A stretch of DNA of 64,000 nt. Source: the human T2T-CHM13v2.0 reference genome, Homo sapiens. Shown here in pieces: positions 1-14,480 of this stretch (position 1 is the stretch's first letter; every line of letters starts with the position of its first letter). The notes below the pieces were generated by a model. It searched no databases. It was not told the DNA's origin and saw nothing but the letters and a program-made list of their open reading frames with translations. The stretch is taken from assembly GCF_009914755.1 (NCBI RefSeq), contig NC_060925.1; one strand, 5' to 3'. The position numbers and the translations under genes were made by a program.

Positions 1-154
1 CTTTCCCCTCAACACTTGGCTTTAGTGTGATTACTTGAAACCATCCACGCTGTTTCCAGGATTAGAACTCTGAAGTGTTGCACCTTTATTTTTGTGTTAG
101 AAACAATTCATTGAGTAAACGAAGAACTTTATGATTTAGTATAGTCCTTTAAAA

Positions 155-967
<813 letters not shown>

Positions 968-1220
968 CTTTAAAATATACTTTTAACAGGAGTTGTTTTA
1001 TAGAATGTATTAGATTTGATATATGTCTTATATATTTGGTCATGTCTCAGTAACTTGAGCAACAAATAGATTACCTCCAAAGATATGGTATCTCCTAGTA
1101 ACTGTAAAAACTACCTAATCTTAATTTATTAAGTGTAGAAAATCAGGAAGAGAGGAATATTCATTATTTGATTGCTTTGAGAAACTAAAATGGAGATAAA
1201 CTAACTTTATCATTTTCCAG

Positions 1221-1519
1221 ATTTTTTTTTGGGAGACAGGGTCTCGCTTTGTAGCCCAGACCTGAGTGCAGAGTTGTGATCATAGCTCATAGCTCTCTGT
1301 GACCTTGACCTCGTGTCAAATGATCCTCCAGCCTCAGCCTCCTGAATAGCTGGAACCACAGGCATGTGCCACAATGCTGAGCTAATTTTTAAATTTTTTT
1401 GTACAGACTAGGTCTCACTTTGTTGCCCAGGTTGGTCTTGAACTCCTGGCCTCAAGCAATCCTCCCGCCACAGCCTCCTAAAGTGCTAGGATTACACGCA
1501 TGAACCGTCATGCCCTGCC
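1221..1519 (-). mobile_element. AluJ
   Basis: Alu dimer, TSD ttttccagatttt. Confidence 0.88.
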
Positions 1520-2762
1520 TTTTCCAGATTTTCATGTAAGAGGGGAGAAATAGGAAAAGGATACGTACACTTTCGTTTTATGGGCCTTCTAACCACTAAA
1601 AAAAATAGGACTTGCTTTTTGCTAAGATGATAGAGTAATTAAAATCAATCTTGTTAATAAGCTTCAGACTTACATGCCTCAGGATCCTGAGTTGTGGTAT
1701 TTTTAACCTCTAGTTAATTAAACTCTCTGGACCTTAATTCTCTCTTTTGTAAAATGAGTGTAATAATAATGCTGGCCTTAGAATTGTCACGTGAATTAAC
1801 AAGTTAATATTTGTGGAGACCTTAATGTCTAGCATGTAGTAAGTGCTATGTAGTATTTGATAAAGAAATCCACTTGCGTAGTATATACACTACTATTTAA
1901 GAGCTAAAGAAAAGAGGCATTAGGTAAATGCTGGGCTGTATTTTAAATATATTTGGTGATAAAAAATTATCTCAGGATAAAATGTCTTTTCATTTATGTC
2001 TATTCATTAAATTCAGAATTTAAGGTAAACAGACAAAAATGGGAAGAATCATCTTTTTAACTTTTCTTCTTGCCCCAGAAGATAAAGAAGGGTAACATTT
2101 ACTTTTACAGATGGAGAGAGCTCATAACTTCATTCTAGTCAGATTGCTGAAGGTCAAATCCTGTTCATGCCTTTTATCATCTGTGTGACCTTGGATGAGT
2201 TAATTAACCTTTCTATGCCTCAGTTTTGTTGATTATAAGATATGGACCATCATAGTATCTGTTTCATAGGGTAGTTGTTAGGATTAAATGAGCTAATAAA
2301 TAGAAAATTCTGAGAAAGTACATAACAAATGCTCAATAAATATTAACTGTTACTACTGATAGTATTGGAAATTTTATTTAAAAAAATTTTAATATGTATG
2401 AAATTAGCAATCCATGAAGCTAATCCTTTGAAATAATCATTTTATCACAGGGAACTTAAGCCTAGAGAAATGGAGTGATTTTATTTAAGTTTACAAAGCA
2501 TATTTATAGTAGAGCCAAGACCAAAAAACTAAGTTTTTAAACTTATAGTTAAAATTTTGTACATTCTGTTAGGTACTTTTCCTTTTTTCCTCTGCATGAT
2601 ATATATATTTTTAAAAACTGGAATCAGTAGTTTATCTCTTTTACTGTGCTTTAAACTATGCTTAGATCTTTTCCATTCTTAAATACCGTACTTTTCACTG
2701 GCCATTCTGTTTACTGCACTGGCCTTCCATCAACTACCAAACTTCTTAAAAGAGCAATTTAT

Positions 2763-3072
2763 GGCCAGGCATGGTGGCTTATGCCTGTAATCCCAGCACT
2801 TTGGAAGGCCAAGGTGGGCAGATTGGTTGTGCCACAACCAGTCTGGGCAACCAACCAGCCTGGGCAACATGGCGAAACTCTGTCTCTACAACAAATAAAA
2901 AAAATTAGCTGGGCCTGATGGCTTGCACCGCTGGTCCCAGCTACTGGGGAGGGTTGAGGATCACCTGAGTCCTAGAGGCAGAGGTTGCAGTGAGCCGAGA
3001 TCACACCACTGCACTCCAGCCTGGGTGGCAGAATGAGACCCTGTCTCAAAAAAAAAAAAAAAAAAAAAAAAA
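2763..3072 (+). mobile_element. Alu (J/S)
   Basis: Alu dimer with poly(A), TSD aaaagagcaattt. Confidence 0.9.
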
Positions 3073-3949
3073 GAGCAATTTCTAACCATTGTTTTCATTT
3101 TTGCACTCTTTTTTTTTTGTTTTATTTTCTTGTCTCTTTTTCTTTTCTTTCTTTCTTTTTTTTTTTGCCAACTGCACAAGGCTAGAGCACTCACTTACCT
3201 GTTAATCCTTTACAAGTAGAATTTTATCTCCACACTCCACTGAAAGAAACTGTAGGTTGTCATTTGCTTTCTGATTATCAAAATTACCCTTTTCTCTTTC
3301 TTATTCTTCTTCTCAGTCCTTCTTCAGCACTTGGTGGTGTCTATCCTTTCTTTCCTGAAACCTGACTCCCTTGGCTTCTATTGTTATTGCATACTGATTC
3401 TTCCCCTCTTATTTTTGCTAGTTCCTACTTTTCCCCCTTCAGTTTGTCTATTTCATCTCCTAAGACTTGTCTCCATGAGAATGATTCTTAACTGTATATT
3501 TAAGCTGCAGATCTACATATCCAATTACTTGCTAACTATCTTTACCTGGATAACTTTTTATACCTCAAACTCAACATATACCTAAAAAACAAACATATTC
3601 TGTTCATCCAAAGAGGATTCTTATTTGCAAGCAGCCTCTCTTCTTAGCTTTACAACAAGAGGCCATAAAATTTGGAAACATAGACAAATACACACTACAG
3701 TTTATTGCTACTACACTATAATATGTGATATGTTCAGTGAATTGTCCCTCATTAGCAACGCATAAGTTAATGTGATCTTTAAAATTGCAGTGATTGTGGA
3801 ACATCAAATAGTATTTCCATCAATTCCTGTATATGTATGTGAGACGTATTGCTTCCGAGTATTTGTTTGACTTTTACTGAGTAAAACTGTATACATTCCT
3901 CTGGGGAAGTAATCAAGAAGGTTCAGTCTACTTAGTGTGCATGTGTGCG

Positions 3950-3957
3950 TGCACACA

Positions 3958-3988
<31 letters not shown>
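3950..3988. repeat. (CA)n microsatellite
   Basis: Visible dinucleotide run. Confidence 0.95.
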
Positions 3989-3991
<3 letters not shown>

Positions 3992-4752
3992 TCTAGATTT
4001 ATGACCACCCTAAGTTCCTATTTATTTGTATCATTCTTCTAACACATCTAGGTTAAAGAATGTCTTGGGGTCTCCCTCACTCCCTGGATCTAGTCTTTGG
4101 CCAAGTCTTTATATTTCTTGCATGCATTTTATTTTTCTTTTCATTCTGCTGCCTTTTTATAGCTAATCCATGTTCTCAGGACTCTCCTCTTGGATTATTT
4201 CAGTAACTTTCTAACCAGTTTTCTTGCCTCCGCTTTCTTCTGTTTTAGTTTATCTTAGAGTGCACTTCTGAGTATATCACTGCCTAAGTTAGAAACCTTC
4301 AGTGGTTCACCATTACCCATAACCTGAGGTTTAAATTATATCTTGATTTTTTTTTTAAACAACACTTTGCAGCCCTTTACATTTTCTTAAAACTGGATTG
4401 TAAGGTGCTTCAAGGCTTGATTGTACCTCTATACTTTGTATTCTAGGGGTCCTCTATCTCTTTCAGTACTGCATATGTAGAAGTATTCAAGCAGTATTCT
4501 TAAATTGACATTAGCATGTTAGCGAAACAAATCATTATAAGTAGATTGGAAATATTGTTTGATTTAAATGGAAAAGGAAAATATCTTTTCTAGCTCTGAT
4601 GCTTTTCTGGGAATATTATGTACATAATAAAAGAAAAAGAATTGCCACCACTTCTCAGAAAGCTAGAACATTTGTAAGCACAGTTGCCACTCTCTTTTTC
4701 TCCTCTGCAAATGAAGAACTAGCTGCATTTTATGTAATTCTTATTTCCCCAG

Positions 4753-4940
4753 GTCAAGACAAAACTTAAGCCAAATTCTTCAGAAAACACAGTGACTAAA
4801 AAGCAGGAAGGTACTTCATTGAAGAATTCTCATAATCAAGAAATCACTGTTTTCTCGAGTTCTCATCTTCCCCAACCCAGCAGGCATCAAGAAATCTGGT
4901 CTATCCTAGAGAGTGTTTGGATTACAATATATCAGAACAG
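4753..4940 (+). CDS. SWT1: Internal coding exon A (188 nt, phase 0 to 2) of SWT1: [20 protein letters not shown]...WITIYQN(S)
   Basis: Acceptor tttccccag|GTC and donor CAG|gtacta. Open frame across the exon, and phase matches the next exon. Spliced peptide recognised from memory as the SWT1 C-terminal region. Confidence 0.85.
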
Positions 4941-5378
4941 GTACTAAATTTGGGGGAATTTTTTTTTAGTTATTTTTTAAATTGACATTATAATTGTACA
5001 TATTTACAGGGTACAATTTGATGTGCAATTTGACGTTTCAATAGATATATGTGATATATAATCAAATCAGGCTAGTGAGCCTGATGAATACCTCATGCAT
5101 TTTAAGTGTTAAGTGAAAAAAAAAAGCTTTTTTCACTTAACATGATATTCTCCAGGTTTATCCACGTTGTCACAAGTGACAGAATAACGTTCTTTTTTAT
5201 GGATGAAAAGTATTCCATTGTGTATATGTACCACATTTCCTTTATGCATTCATCCATTATTGGACACTTAGGTTGATTTCATATCTTGGCTATTGTAATG
5301 CATTTATCATGTATTTTTTCATGAGGTATTCATCAGCTCATGCATTTATCATGATCTTCTTTGTGATAAGAACATTTA

Positions 5379-5691
5379 GGCCGGGCGTGGTGGCTTACAC
5401 CCATAGTCCCAGCACTTCGGGAGGCAGAGGTGAGTGGATCACTTGAGGTCAGTAGTTTGAAACCAGCCTGGCCAACATGGTGAAACCCCATCTCTACTGA
5501 AAAAAGAAAAGTACAAAAATAAGCCGGGCGTGATGGCGTGTACCTGTCATCCCAGCTGCTCAGGAGGCTGAGGCAGGAGAATTGCTTGAATCTGGAAGGT
5601 GGAGGTTGCGGTGAACTGACTGTGCCACTGCACTCCAGCCTGGGTGACAAAGCAAGACGCCATCTCAAAAAAAAAAAAAAAAAAAAAAAAA
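5379..5691 (+). mobile_element. AluS
   Basis: Alu dimer with a long poly(A). Confidence 0.9.
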
Positions 5692-6118
5692 TCAAAAGCC
5701 TCTCTTCTAGCTATTTTGTAATGTGCAATACTTTACTTTGAGCCATAGTCACCCTACTATGCAATAGAACACCAGAACTTATTCCACCTATCTAATTGTA
5801 ACTTTGTACATGTTGACCAACCTCTCCTCATTCTCCCATCTCCGTTCTCTAGTGACCACTGTTCTACTCTGCCTCTGTGAGATAAACTATTGTATATAGT
5901 GCTACAGCAGACACAGGAGTGCAGGCATCTCTTTGACATACTCATTTCATGTCCTTTGGATGTATACCCAGTAATGGGATTGCTGGATCATACGGTAGTT
6001 CGGTTTTTAATTTTTTGAGGAACCTCTGTACTATTTTACATAATGGCACCACTAATTTACAAATCTCACTAACAGTGTATAAAGTGTTCCCTTTTCTGCA
6101 CATCATTGCCAACACTTG

Positions 6119-6385
6119 TTTTTTTGTTTGTTGGTTTTTTTGAGGCAGGGTCTCGCTCTGTCACCCAGGTGGTAGTGCAGTGATATAATCATGGCTCACT
6201 GCAGTGACCTACTGGGCTCAAACGATCCTCTCACCTCATTTTTTTGATTTTTTAATTTCTTATAGAGATGATATCTCACTATGTTGCCCAGGTTGGTCTC
6301 AAACTCCTGCAAACTCCTGGGCTTAAGCAGTCCTCTTGCCTTGGTTTCCCAAAGGATTACAGGTGTGAGCCACCGCACCTGGCCA
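6119..6385 (-). mobile_element. AluJ with internal deletion
   Basis: Antisense Alu, TSD aacactt. Confidence 0.8.
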
Positions 6386-6555
6386 ACACTTTTCTTCTTT
6401 CTGATAATAGCCACTCTAACTGGAGTGAGGTGGTGTCTCAGTGTGATTTTGATTTGCATTTCCCTGATGATTAGTGATGTCAAGCATTTTTTATATACCT
6501 GGTGGCCATTCAAATGTCTTCCTTTGAAAAATTTATATTAAGGTCTTTTGCCCAT

Positions 6556-6936
6556 TTTTTAAACTTTAAGTTCAGGGGTACATGTGCAAGTTTATTTTAT
6601 TTGTAAACTTGTATCATGGGAGTTTGTTGTACAGATTATTTCTTCACCCAGGCATTAGGCCTAGTACCCATTAATTGTTTTTCCTGATCCTCTCCCTCCT
6701 CTCACCTTCCACCCTCCAATAGGCCCCAGTGTTCATTGCTCCCCTCCATGTGTCCATGTGTTCTCATCATTTAGCTCCCACTTATAAGTGAGCACAAGCG
6801 GTATTTGGTTTTTTGTTCCTGCATTAGTTTGCTAAGGATAATGCCCTGTATACACCATGAAGTATTAAGCAGCCATAAGAAAGAATGAGATCATGTCCTT
6901 TGCAGGGACATGGATGGAGCTGGAGGCCATTTATCC
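6556..6936 (-). mobile_element. Short 5'-inverted L1 3' end (older L1PA, roughly PA13-16)
   Basis: Antisense 3'UTR at 6556-6843 followed by a sense segment at 6851-6936. TSD ttttgc(c/a)catttt at about 6545 and 6937. Confidence 0.75.
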
Positions 6937-8482
6937 TTTTGCACATTTTTAATTGGGTTATCTTGTTTTCTTGCTGTTGAATTAAGTTTCTTACATATTC
7001 TGGATATTAATACCTTGTGAGATGTATAGTTTGCATATATTTTCTCCCATTTTCTTGGTTGTCTTTTCACTCTGTTGTTTCCTTCACTGTGTAAAAGCTT
7101 TTTCCCAATGTGTGTTCTTGGTACCCATGTCCAAAATCAGATGGCTTTGGGTATGTTAATTTACTTCTGGGCTCTCTATTCTGTTCCGTTGGTTTATGTG
7201 TCTGTCTTATGCCAGCCAGTACCATGCTGTTTTGGTTACTATAGCTTTGTGGTATATTTTGTTGTTTGTTTTTTTCTTGGTTAATTTTTGGTTGTTTGTG
7301 GTATATTTTGAAATCAGGTAGTGTGATGCCTCCAGCTTTGTTCTTTTTGCTCAGGGATTGCTTTGGCTATTCAAATTTGGCATGTGAAATTTATGATTTT
7401 TTTTTGTTTCTATGAAGAATGACACTGGAATTTTGGTAGAGATTGCATTAAATCTGTAGATCACTTTGGAAAGTATGACCATTTTGATGATATTAATTCT
7501 TCCAATACATGAACATGAGATATCTTTCCATTTATTGTATCCCCTTCTATTTCTTTTATCCATGTTTTAGAGTTTTCAGCGTAAGATCTTTCACCTCCTT
7601 GATTAGGTTTACTTTTTTGGTAGCTATTATAAATTGAATTGTTTTCTTGTTTTCTTTTTCAGATAGTTCACTATTAGCATATAGAAATGCTATTGACTTT
7701 TGTATGTTGATTAGTATCCTGCAACTTTATTGAATTCATTTATTATCTCTAAGACATTTTCGGTGGAGTCTTAAGAGTTTTCCATATATACGATCATGTT
7801 GTCTGTGAACAGGGATAATTTGACTTCCTTCTTTCCAATTTGGATGCCCTTCCTTTCCTTTTCTTGCCTAATTGCTATAAGACTTCCAGTACAATATTGA
7901 ATACAAGTGGTAAAAGTAGGTGTTCTTGTTCCTTCAGTATGATGTTAACTATGGGTTTGTCATATATGGCCTTTATTGCATTGAGGTATGCTCCTTCTGT
8001 ATCTAATTTTTTGGGAGTTTTTAATCATGAAGGGATGTTGAATTTTGTCAAATGGTTTTTCTGCATCTATTGAAATGATCCTATCATTTTTGTCTTTGAT
8101 TCTGTTAATGTGGTTTATCACATTTATTGATTTGTGTATTTTCAACCATTCTTGCATCCCTGAGATGGATCCCACTTGATCATAGTGAACTTTTAAATGT
8201 GTGGTTGGATTCAGTTTGCTAGTATCTTGTTGAGAATTTTCGTACCTGTTTATCGAGGATATTGGTCTGTAGTTTCATTTTCTTGCCGTGTCCTTGTCTA
8301 GTTTTGAAATTGGTAATGTTGGCCTTGTATAATGAGTTTGCAAGTATTCCTGCTTCTTCAATTTTCTAGAATAGTTTGAGGAAAATTGGTATTAATTTTT
8401 CTTTAAATATTTGTTAGAATTCAGCAATGAAGCCATCAGGTTCCAGAATTTTCACTGATGGAAAATTTTATTTAAATATTTA

Positions 8483-8716
8483 GATACCCAAATATTTAAC
8501 ATTGTGTTACAACTGCCTGCAGTATTCAGTACAGTAATATCCTGTACAGATTTGTAACTAAGGAGCAATAGGCTATACCATACAGCCTAGATGTCTAGTA
8601 AGTCATACCATCTAGGTTTATGTAAATACACTCTAAGATGTTTGCATAACAATGCAATTGCCCAGCAGTGCATTTCTTAGAATGTATTCTTATTGTCTTA
8701 AGTGACACGACTGTAT
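8483..8716 (-). mobile_element. Tigger3-family fragment
   Basis: Reverse complement of the same Tigger3 end seen at 27143-27350. Confidence 0.78.
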
Positions 8717-9357
8717 TACTGTTATTCATTGTAAGATTTTGTTAAAAGAAGATAAATACTTTTGTTTAAAAGGAAGAAATACTTCTATTTAGTGTGCATA
8801 AACATAAACTATCTACTGGCTTTATAACCTGTCATGCTAAAGAAATAACAATAAATGGCATGAGGACTAACAATAATATTTACAAATTTATATTTTCATA
8901 TAAAGCAAAGGTTTTTTTTTGTTTCAGTCTTAACATAGTTTTAAGGTTTTGGCTAATCAGACATTCTGGTTAGCAGAAAGTTACCATATATCCCTGACAG
9001 GGATAACCACTTTCAAAATAAAATAGATTAAAACTATATCTAAGATATTTTAGCTGTCCTTTCTTAGAGTTCACCTATAATGTACATGCATTTGTGTTGG
9101 ATGCTAGGGAGTTTTGCGTAGTTTCTGGATAATATACTCTATGTAATAGCATTTCAGCAAGACAAAAATGCTTATATTGCCTTATTAATACATATTTATT
9201 TAGGCCTACTTTACTGTTTCTCAAGCCTGGTTATGTACCAGACACATTATAGAAGTTTTTCGACATAATCGCTCATGGGCCTTTCATGTAAAGATGCTTA
9301 TTTGGAAGTCTGGTAGGACCTATGCACAAATAGTTATATAAAACTATACCAGAGCGA

Positions 9358-9479
9358 GGCTGGGCATGGTGGGTCATGCCTGTAATCCCAGCACTTTGGG
9401 AGACTGAAGTGGGAGGATCACTTGAGGCCAAATGTTTGAGACTAGCCTGGGCAACACAACAAGACCCTCTCTTTAAAAA
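9358..9479 (+). mobile_element. FLAM / Alu left monomer
   Basis: Single Alu monomer. Confidence 0.8.
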
Positions 9480-9636
9480 TCAGTTGCAGGTTTGTAGCTC
9501 ATCAGGTCAGGTTTTTGGTATCTTTTCTACTTACAAGGAATTTAGTTAAGTGTTAGATACTACTGATTCAAATTAAAACAAACAAAAACAAACAAACAAA
9601 AGCTTCCCTGCTATTTCTCATTTAAGCTTCTGAGAC

Positions 9637-10679
9637 TTTTTTTTTTTTTTTTGCTGTCCATAAGTTTATTGTCTTTATCTGAAAAATCCTTATAGAAAAT
9701 TGTTTGGTTTAGCTCTCAGCAGCCCGCTCCTGAGCTCTGAGGAAGCTTGCCTTCTTTTGAGCTACCCGATCTTTCTTCTGAGCAATGGACATTTTGGGAC
9801 AGTTCCACCTCTTCTTTTTAACTTCTTTCTGCGGCGTCTTTTCATAGACTGGATTCTTTTGTATAGCAGCATGAGCTTTCTTACACATCTCCTCCATCAT
9901 GTCTGGAGTTATGCTGTTCTTTATGTATTGAGAGAACTGTTTCTTGTAAGCATCTTTATCTTCTTCCATTAAATAGCACATGTAATCTGCAACATTCTGG
10001 CCCATGATGTGCTTCCAGTGTACTTCTGCATTAAATTCCTTGCTTTCAGAATCATAACCAGAGAATTGTTTGGTACTATGAGGGATAGACAAGCATCCAT
10101 CCACAGCTCCCTTCAGGGTGCTAAAAACTTTATTGCCAGTGGTAATTCTGGCAAGACCTGCATCCAAATAGCAGGTAAAGGCACCTGGCTGACCATCGGT
10201 GCTCTCCACATTGTATTCATTGCCAGTCTCTTCCACTTGGCTTTCATAGATCTTGTCCATGCCAAACCTATTGAGAAGCCTGCGGGCCAGCAGCAGGCCA
10301 GTACAATATGCCGCAGCATAATTTTTCAGGCCAGCCTTCATACCATTATTTTGGCAGTTTGTGTACATATGCTGTGCAGACTATCATATCCCTCTCTATA
10401 CGAGCAGAAGCAGTCTGACAAATGATATCTCTGTTTGTTACATGAACTGTCATCCTGTATTTGAGTGTGTTGTATTTATTTTTATCCTATTATCACCAAG
10501 CGTTTCCAAGTATAGTAATCATTTTTACCTTCTCGTCGTCTTCTACATTTCACTTGGTATCTCTTAAAGTAGGCCTTATTCTTAACAACTTTAACAAACC
10601 CCATCCTGCAGAACAGAGACCTGCGTCTGCAGCTTGACAGAGACCTGCAGGCCCAGCAGCTCTAGCGGGGGAGAAAGGC
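9637..10679 (-). pseudogene. RPL5: Full-length processed pseudogene of ribosomal protein L5 (uL18)
   Basis: Intronless RPL5-like sequence with pyrimidine-rich 5' leader, ATG at 10604 ([18 protein letters not shown]), stop at 9709 (...QERAAES*), AATAAA at 9665-9670 and poly(A) at 9637-9652. TSD gagac(a)ttttt at 9632 and 10680. Two +1 frameshifts in the 5' third. Confidence 0.96.
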
Positions 10680-10707
10680 GAGACATTTTTAAAAATGTGT
10701 ATCCTGA

Positions 10708-11003
<296 letters not shown>

Positions 11004-11142
11004 GGGTATCAAAAAAGTCTGGGAACCTGTGGTAAACATCTTTAAACAGTATGTCACATTAAAAAAAAATGTGTATATATATATATATATATACATATAT
11101 ATATACTCAGTATGTTTTTCTTCAGCCTTAAGATACATTTTC

Positions 11143-11432
11143 TGCTAGATGCAGTGGTTCATGCCCATAATCCGAGCACTTTGGGAGGCTGAGGCAAGAG
11201 GATTGTTTGAACTCAGGAGTTTGAGACCAGCCTGGGCAATATAGTGAGACCTCATCTTTACTAGAAATCAAAAAAGTTAGCCTTGTGTGGTAGCCCTCAC
11301 CTGTAGTGCCAGCTACTCGGGAGGCTGAGGTGAGAGAATTGCTTGAGATCAGGAGATCAAGGCTGCAGTGAGCTGTGATTGTACCACCGTACTCCAGCCT
11401 GGGCAACTGAGCAAGACACTGTCTCAAAAAAA
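11143..11432 (+). mobile_element. AluJ
   Basis: Alu dimer, TSD aagatacattttc. Confidence 0.88.
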
Positions 11433-12759
11433 GATACATTTTCAAGTGAAGGACCTCTAAATTTTAGCCATGGATCCAATAGTTAATACATTGCACAGTG
11501 TCTGTAAAAGTCTAGAATCAAGGGAAAATGTTGTATTTATTGTATTTTTTTCATACTTTCAGGCACTTGGTAGTATGTCATTTGATCATGACGCCTTAAG
11601 AGGAAAGAAGAAATGGAGGAATAGTAACACGGTTTTAGGGAGGAGTGGTAATTACAGTGTTAGAGAGTGTTCAAGAAAACCTTCAGTTAAAAAATGGCAT
11701 TTGTACTGTCTTGAAGGAGGTGAGGATGGGAGCATATAGTTATTTACAGGAAAAGCGTTTCAGATAGAAGAATAGAAATTACAAAGAGCTTGAAAGAACA
11801 TGTCTATATACATTGGGTGAACTGAAAGAAGGCCAGTGTGGCTGGAGCAAGGGGGCAGAGTAGGAGGAGATGAAGTAGGGAGGTACAGTGTGCTAATTGT
11901 GTAGGGCCTATAAGCCATTGTAAGAATTTAGGGCTTTTACTCTTAGCAAAAGCTACAGCACAATTTTAAGCAAAGAAATGACAAGATCAGGCCTGCGTTT
12001 TAAAAAAGATTGCTTTGCCTTGTTGAGAGCAGGCTGTGAAGTGATGAGGGTGAGGCAGGAAGAGGGCGAGATACCGGTTTAGGTGTGTACTGTGATAATC
12101 CAGGTGGAAAATGATGATGATTTGGGTCAGGGCAGTTGTGGGAGAGATGATAAGAATTGGTCAAATGCTGGATATATTTTAAAGGTTAAAAACAACAAGA
12201 TTTGCCGATACAGCTCAAGAGACAGGAGCAAAAATAGTAGTACCCACAGCAAAAGATGATTGTACCTGGCAATCCTATGACTGGTATGGTTATTTTCATC
12301 CTCATCTCACGCTCATTTCTCCCACATTTTGTCATTTAGAATAAACCCTGGAGGAAGAACTTTTAGTGTCCTCATCCTTTTACCTGAATTGTATAAATCT
12401 ATATAAAAATTATAATGGAAGTTTTTGGAATGATGGTATCTAGTATATAGTACTTTGATTTACTGATGGCTTTCCTGGAAGATGTTGTTTCCTGTTTTCT
12501 CTCTCGGTCTCCTCCTGCCTCCCTAGCCACTCTCTCACAACCACACCTCCACACACACAATTTGCTTGTATATCCAGAAAAAGATGAAGAAAGAACCAGG
12601 TATGTTAGTAATGCTTATCTCTGGTTGGTAGACTGTGGGTATTACATATTCTCTTTTTACATTCTCTTTTTAGGCTTTAAATTAAGAAAATTTTTTTTAA
12701 ATGTAAATATTTTGAAATAAAATAAATTTGGTTTTATCTAAAAAATAGCAAATGCACAC

Positions 12760-13020
12760 ACACAAATACCCTGAATAGGCAAATCCATAGAGACAGAAAG
12801 CAGAGTGGTGGTTGCAGGGGTTTGGCGGGGCAAGAGGAGAATCCTGGGGAGTAACCGCTCAATGGATTCAGTTTCCTTTTTGGGTAATGAAATGTTCTTT
12901 AACTAGATAGTGGTGATGGTTACACAGCATTGTGAATGTACTAAATGCCACTGAATTATATGCTTCAGAATGTTCAAAGTGGTGAATTTTATGTTAAGTG
13001 AGTTTTACGACAGTTATAAA
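12760..13020 (+). mobile_element. L1MB 3' end
   Basis: aggcaaatccatagagacagaaagcagagtggtggttgc...aatgccactgaattatatgct motif. Confidence 0.75.
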
Positions 13021-13138
13021 AGGAATACTTTGGAAAGTATAAAGTAGGGGAGGAAATTCCTTTGAGTGCTGCTGCCTAAAGTCTACCGTAGTCAACATTG
13101 TGAATTTATTAAGCATACTCATTCTTGTTTTTTAGGAA

Positions 13139-13525
13139 TGTAATTAGTTTCCTACAGCTGCTGTAGCAAAGTATCACAAACTGGCTGGCCCAAAACAACA
13201 GAAATGTATTTGCTCACAGACCTGGAGGCCAAACATTTGAAATCCAAGTGTCTGCAGGCTTGGTTCTTCTGGAGTTTCTGAGGGAGGATCTGTTTCATGT
13301 CTTTCTCTTTTCTTCTGGTAGTTGCCAGCAGTCCCTGCCTTGTAGATGTATCACTCCCATCTCTGCCTTTTTCTTCACATGGAGTAGGGCCCATTCTAAT
13401 CCAGCATGACCTCATTTTAACTTAACTAATTACATCTCAAAGACCCTGTTTCAAATAAGGTAACATTCTGAGGTTCTGGGTGAATATATGAATTATGGGG
13501 GGACACTAGTCAAACCAAGCACAAC
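13139..13525 (-). mobile_element. MLT1 (MaLR) solo LTR
   Basis: tgtaattagtttcctacagctgctgtagcaaagtatcacaaactgg...gggacactagtcaaacc. Confidence 0.78.
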
Positions 13526-13624
13526 ATGTTTTGGATTTTTATATGGTTGTTCTTATGTTATAAAGTAAATTTTCTCTACTTTTATTTTTCTATTTCATAG
13601 GTGGCATAAGCATCATTTTAATAG

Positions 13625-13952
<328 letters not shown>

Positions 13953-14480
13953 TAGTTTGGTATTTTATCAAGTGGCCAACTTACTGATGACTTAACACTG
14001 CTTATATTGTTATACATTTAAGGTGTTACTAATTGTTGCCTAATTGTGAATAACTATTATTAATTTACGATAAATTTCTACAAGTGAAATTACTAGGATT
14101 AACTTCTAGTTTCAACAGGAATAATCTGATCTCTAATTTTTTTCTTCATCGTTCTCATCCTGAGTACTGACTTGAATGCAGATGGATAGCATTACTTCTC
14201 CTCTATCTCTTGTTGTCTCTTAGAATGAAACAATATTCACACAACTTTCATAGTATTACTTTAGATTAGACCTGTATAGTGTCTGAACTAGATCCTTTAC
14301 ATGAATCTTATCCCAGACTTTCGTATTTTACTATCTTTTATTTCTAATTTAAATAGATCAGCATTCTGAGAGATTAGTGATAATAAATACTACTTTACTT
14401 TATACATTTGCAGCTGAAATACTTGAATTACATTAAATATGTATGTATACCTATGAGTATCTTTTTTTTCTCTATTTTAG

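Larger units (their letters stand above)
4960..8465 (-). mobile_element. Old L1M (L1MA-like) 3' region, interrupted by Alus and an L1PA
   Basis: Degenerate ORF2 fragments in the ORF track (REMQIKITLRHHLTPVR; [17 protein letters not shown]) plus an L1MA-type 3'UTR. Confidence 0.8.

Noticed and set aside
3100-3195. Possible tiny minus-strand retroinsertion (T-rich tract plus 20 bp between gcactc repeats)
   Set aside because: The 6-bp flanking match is too short to separate from chance in low-complexity sequence.
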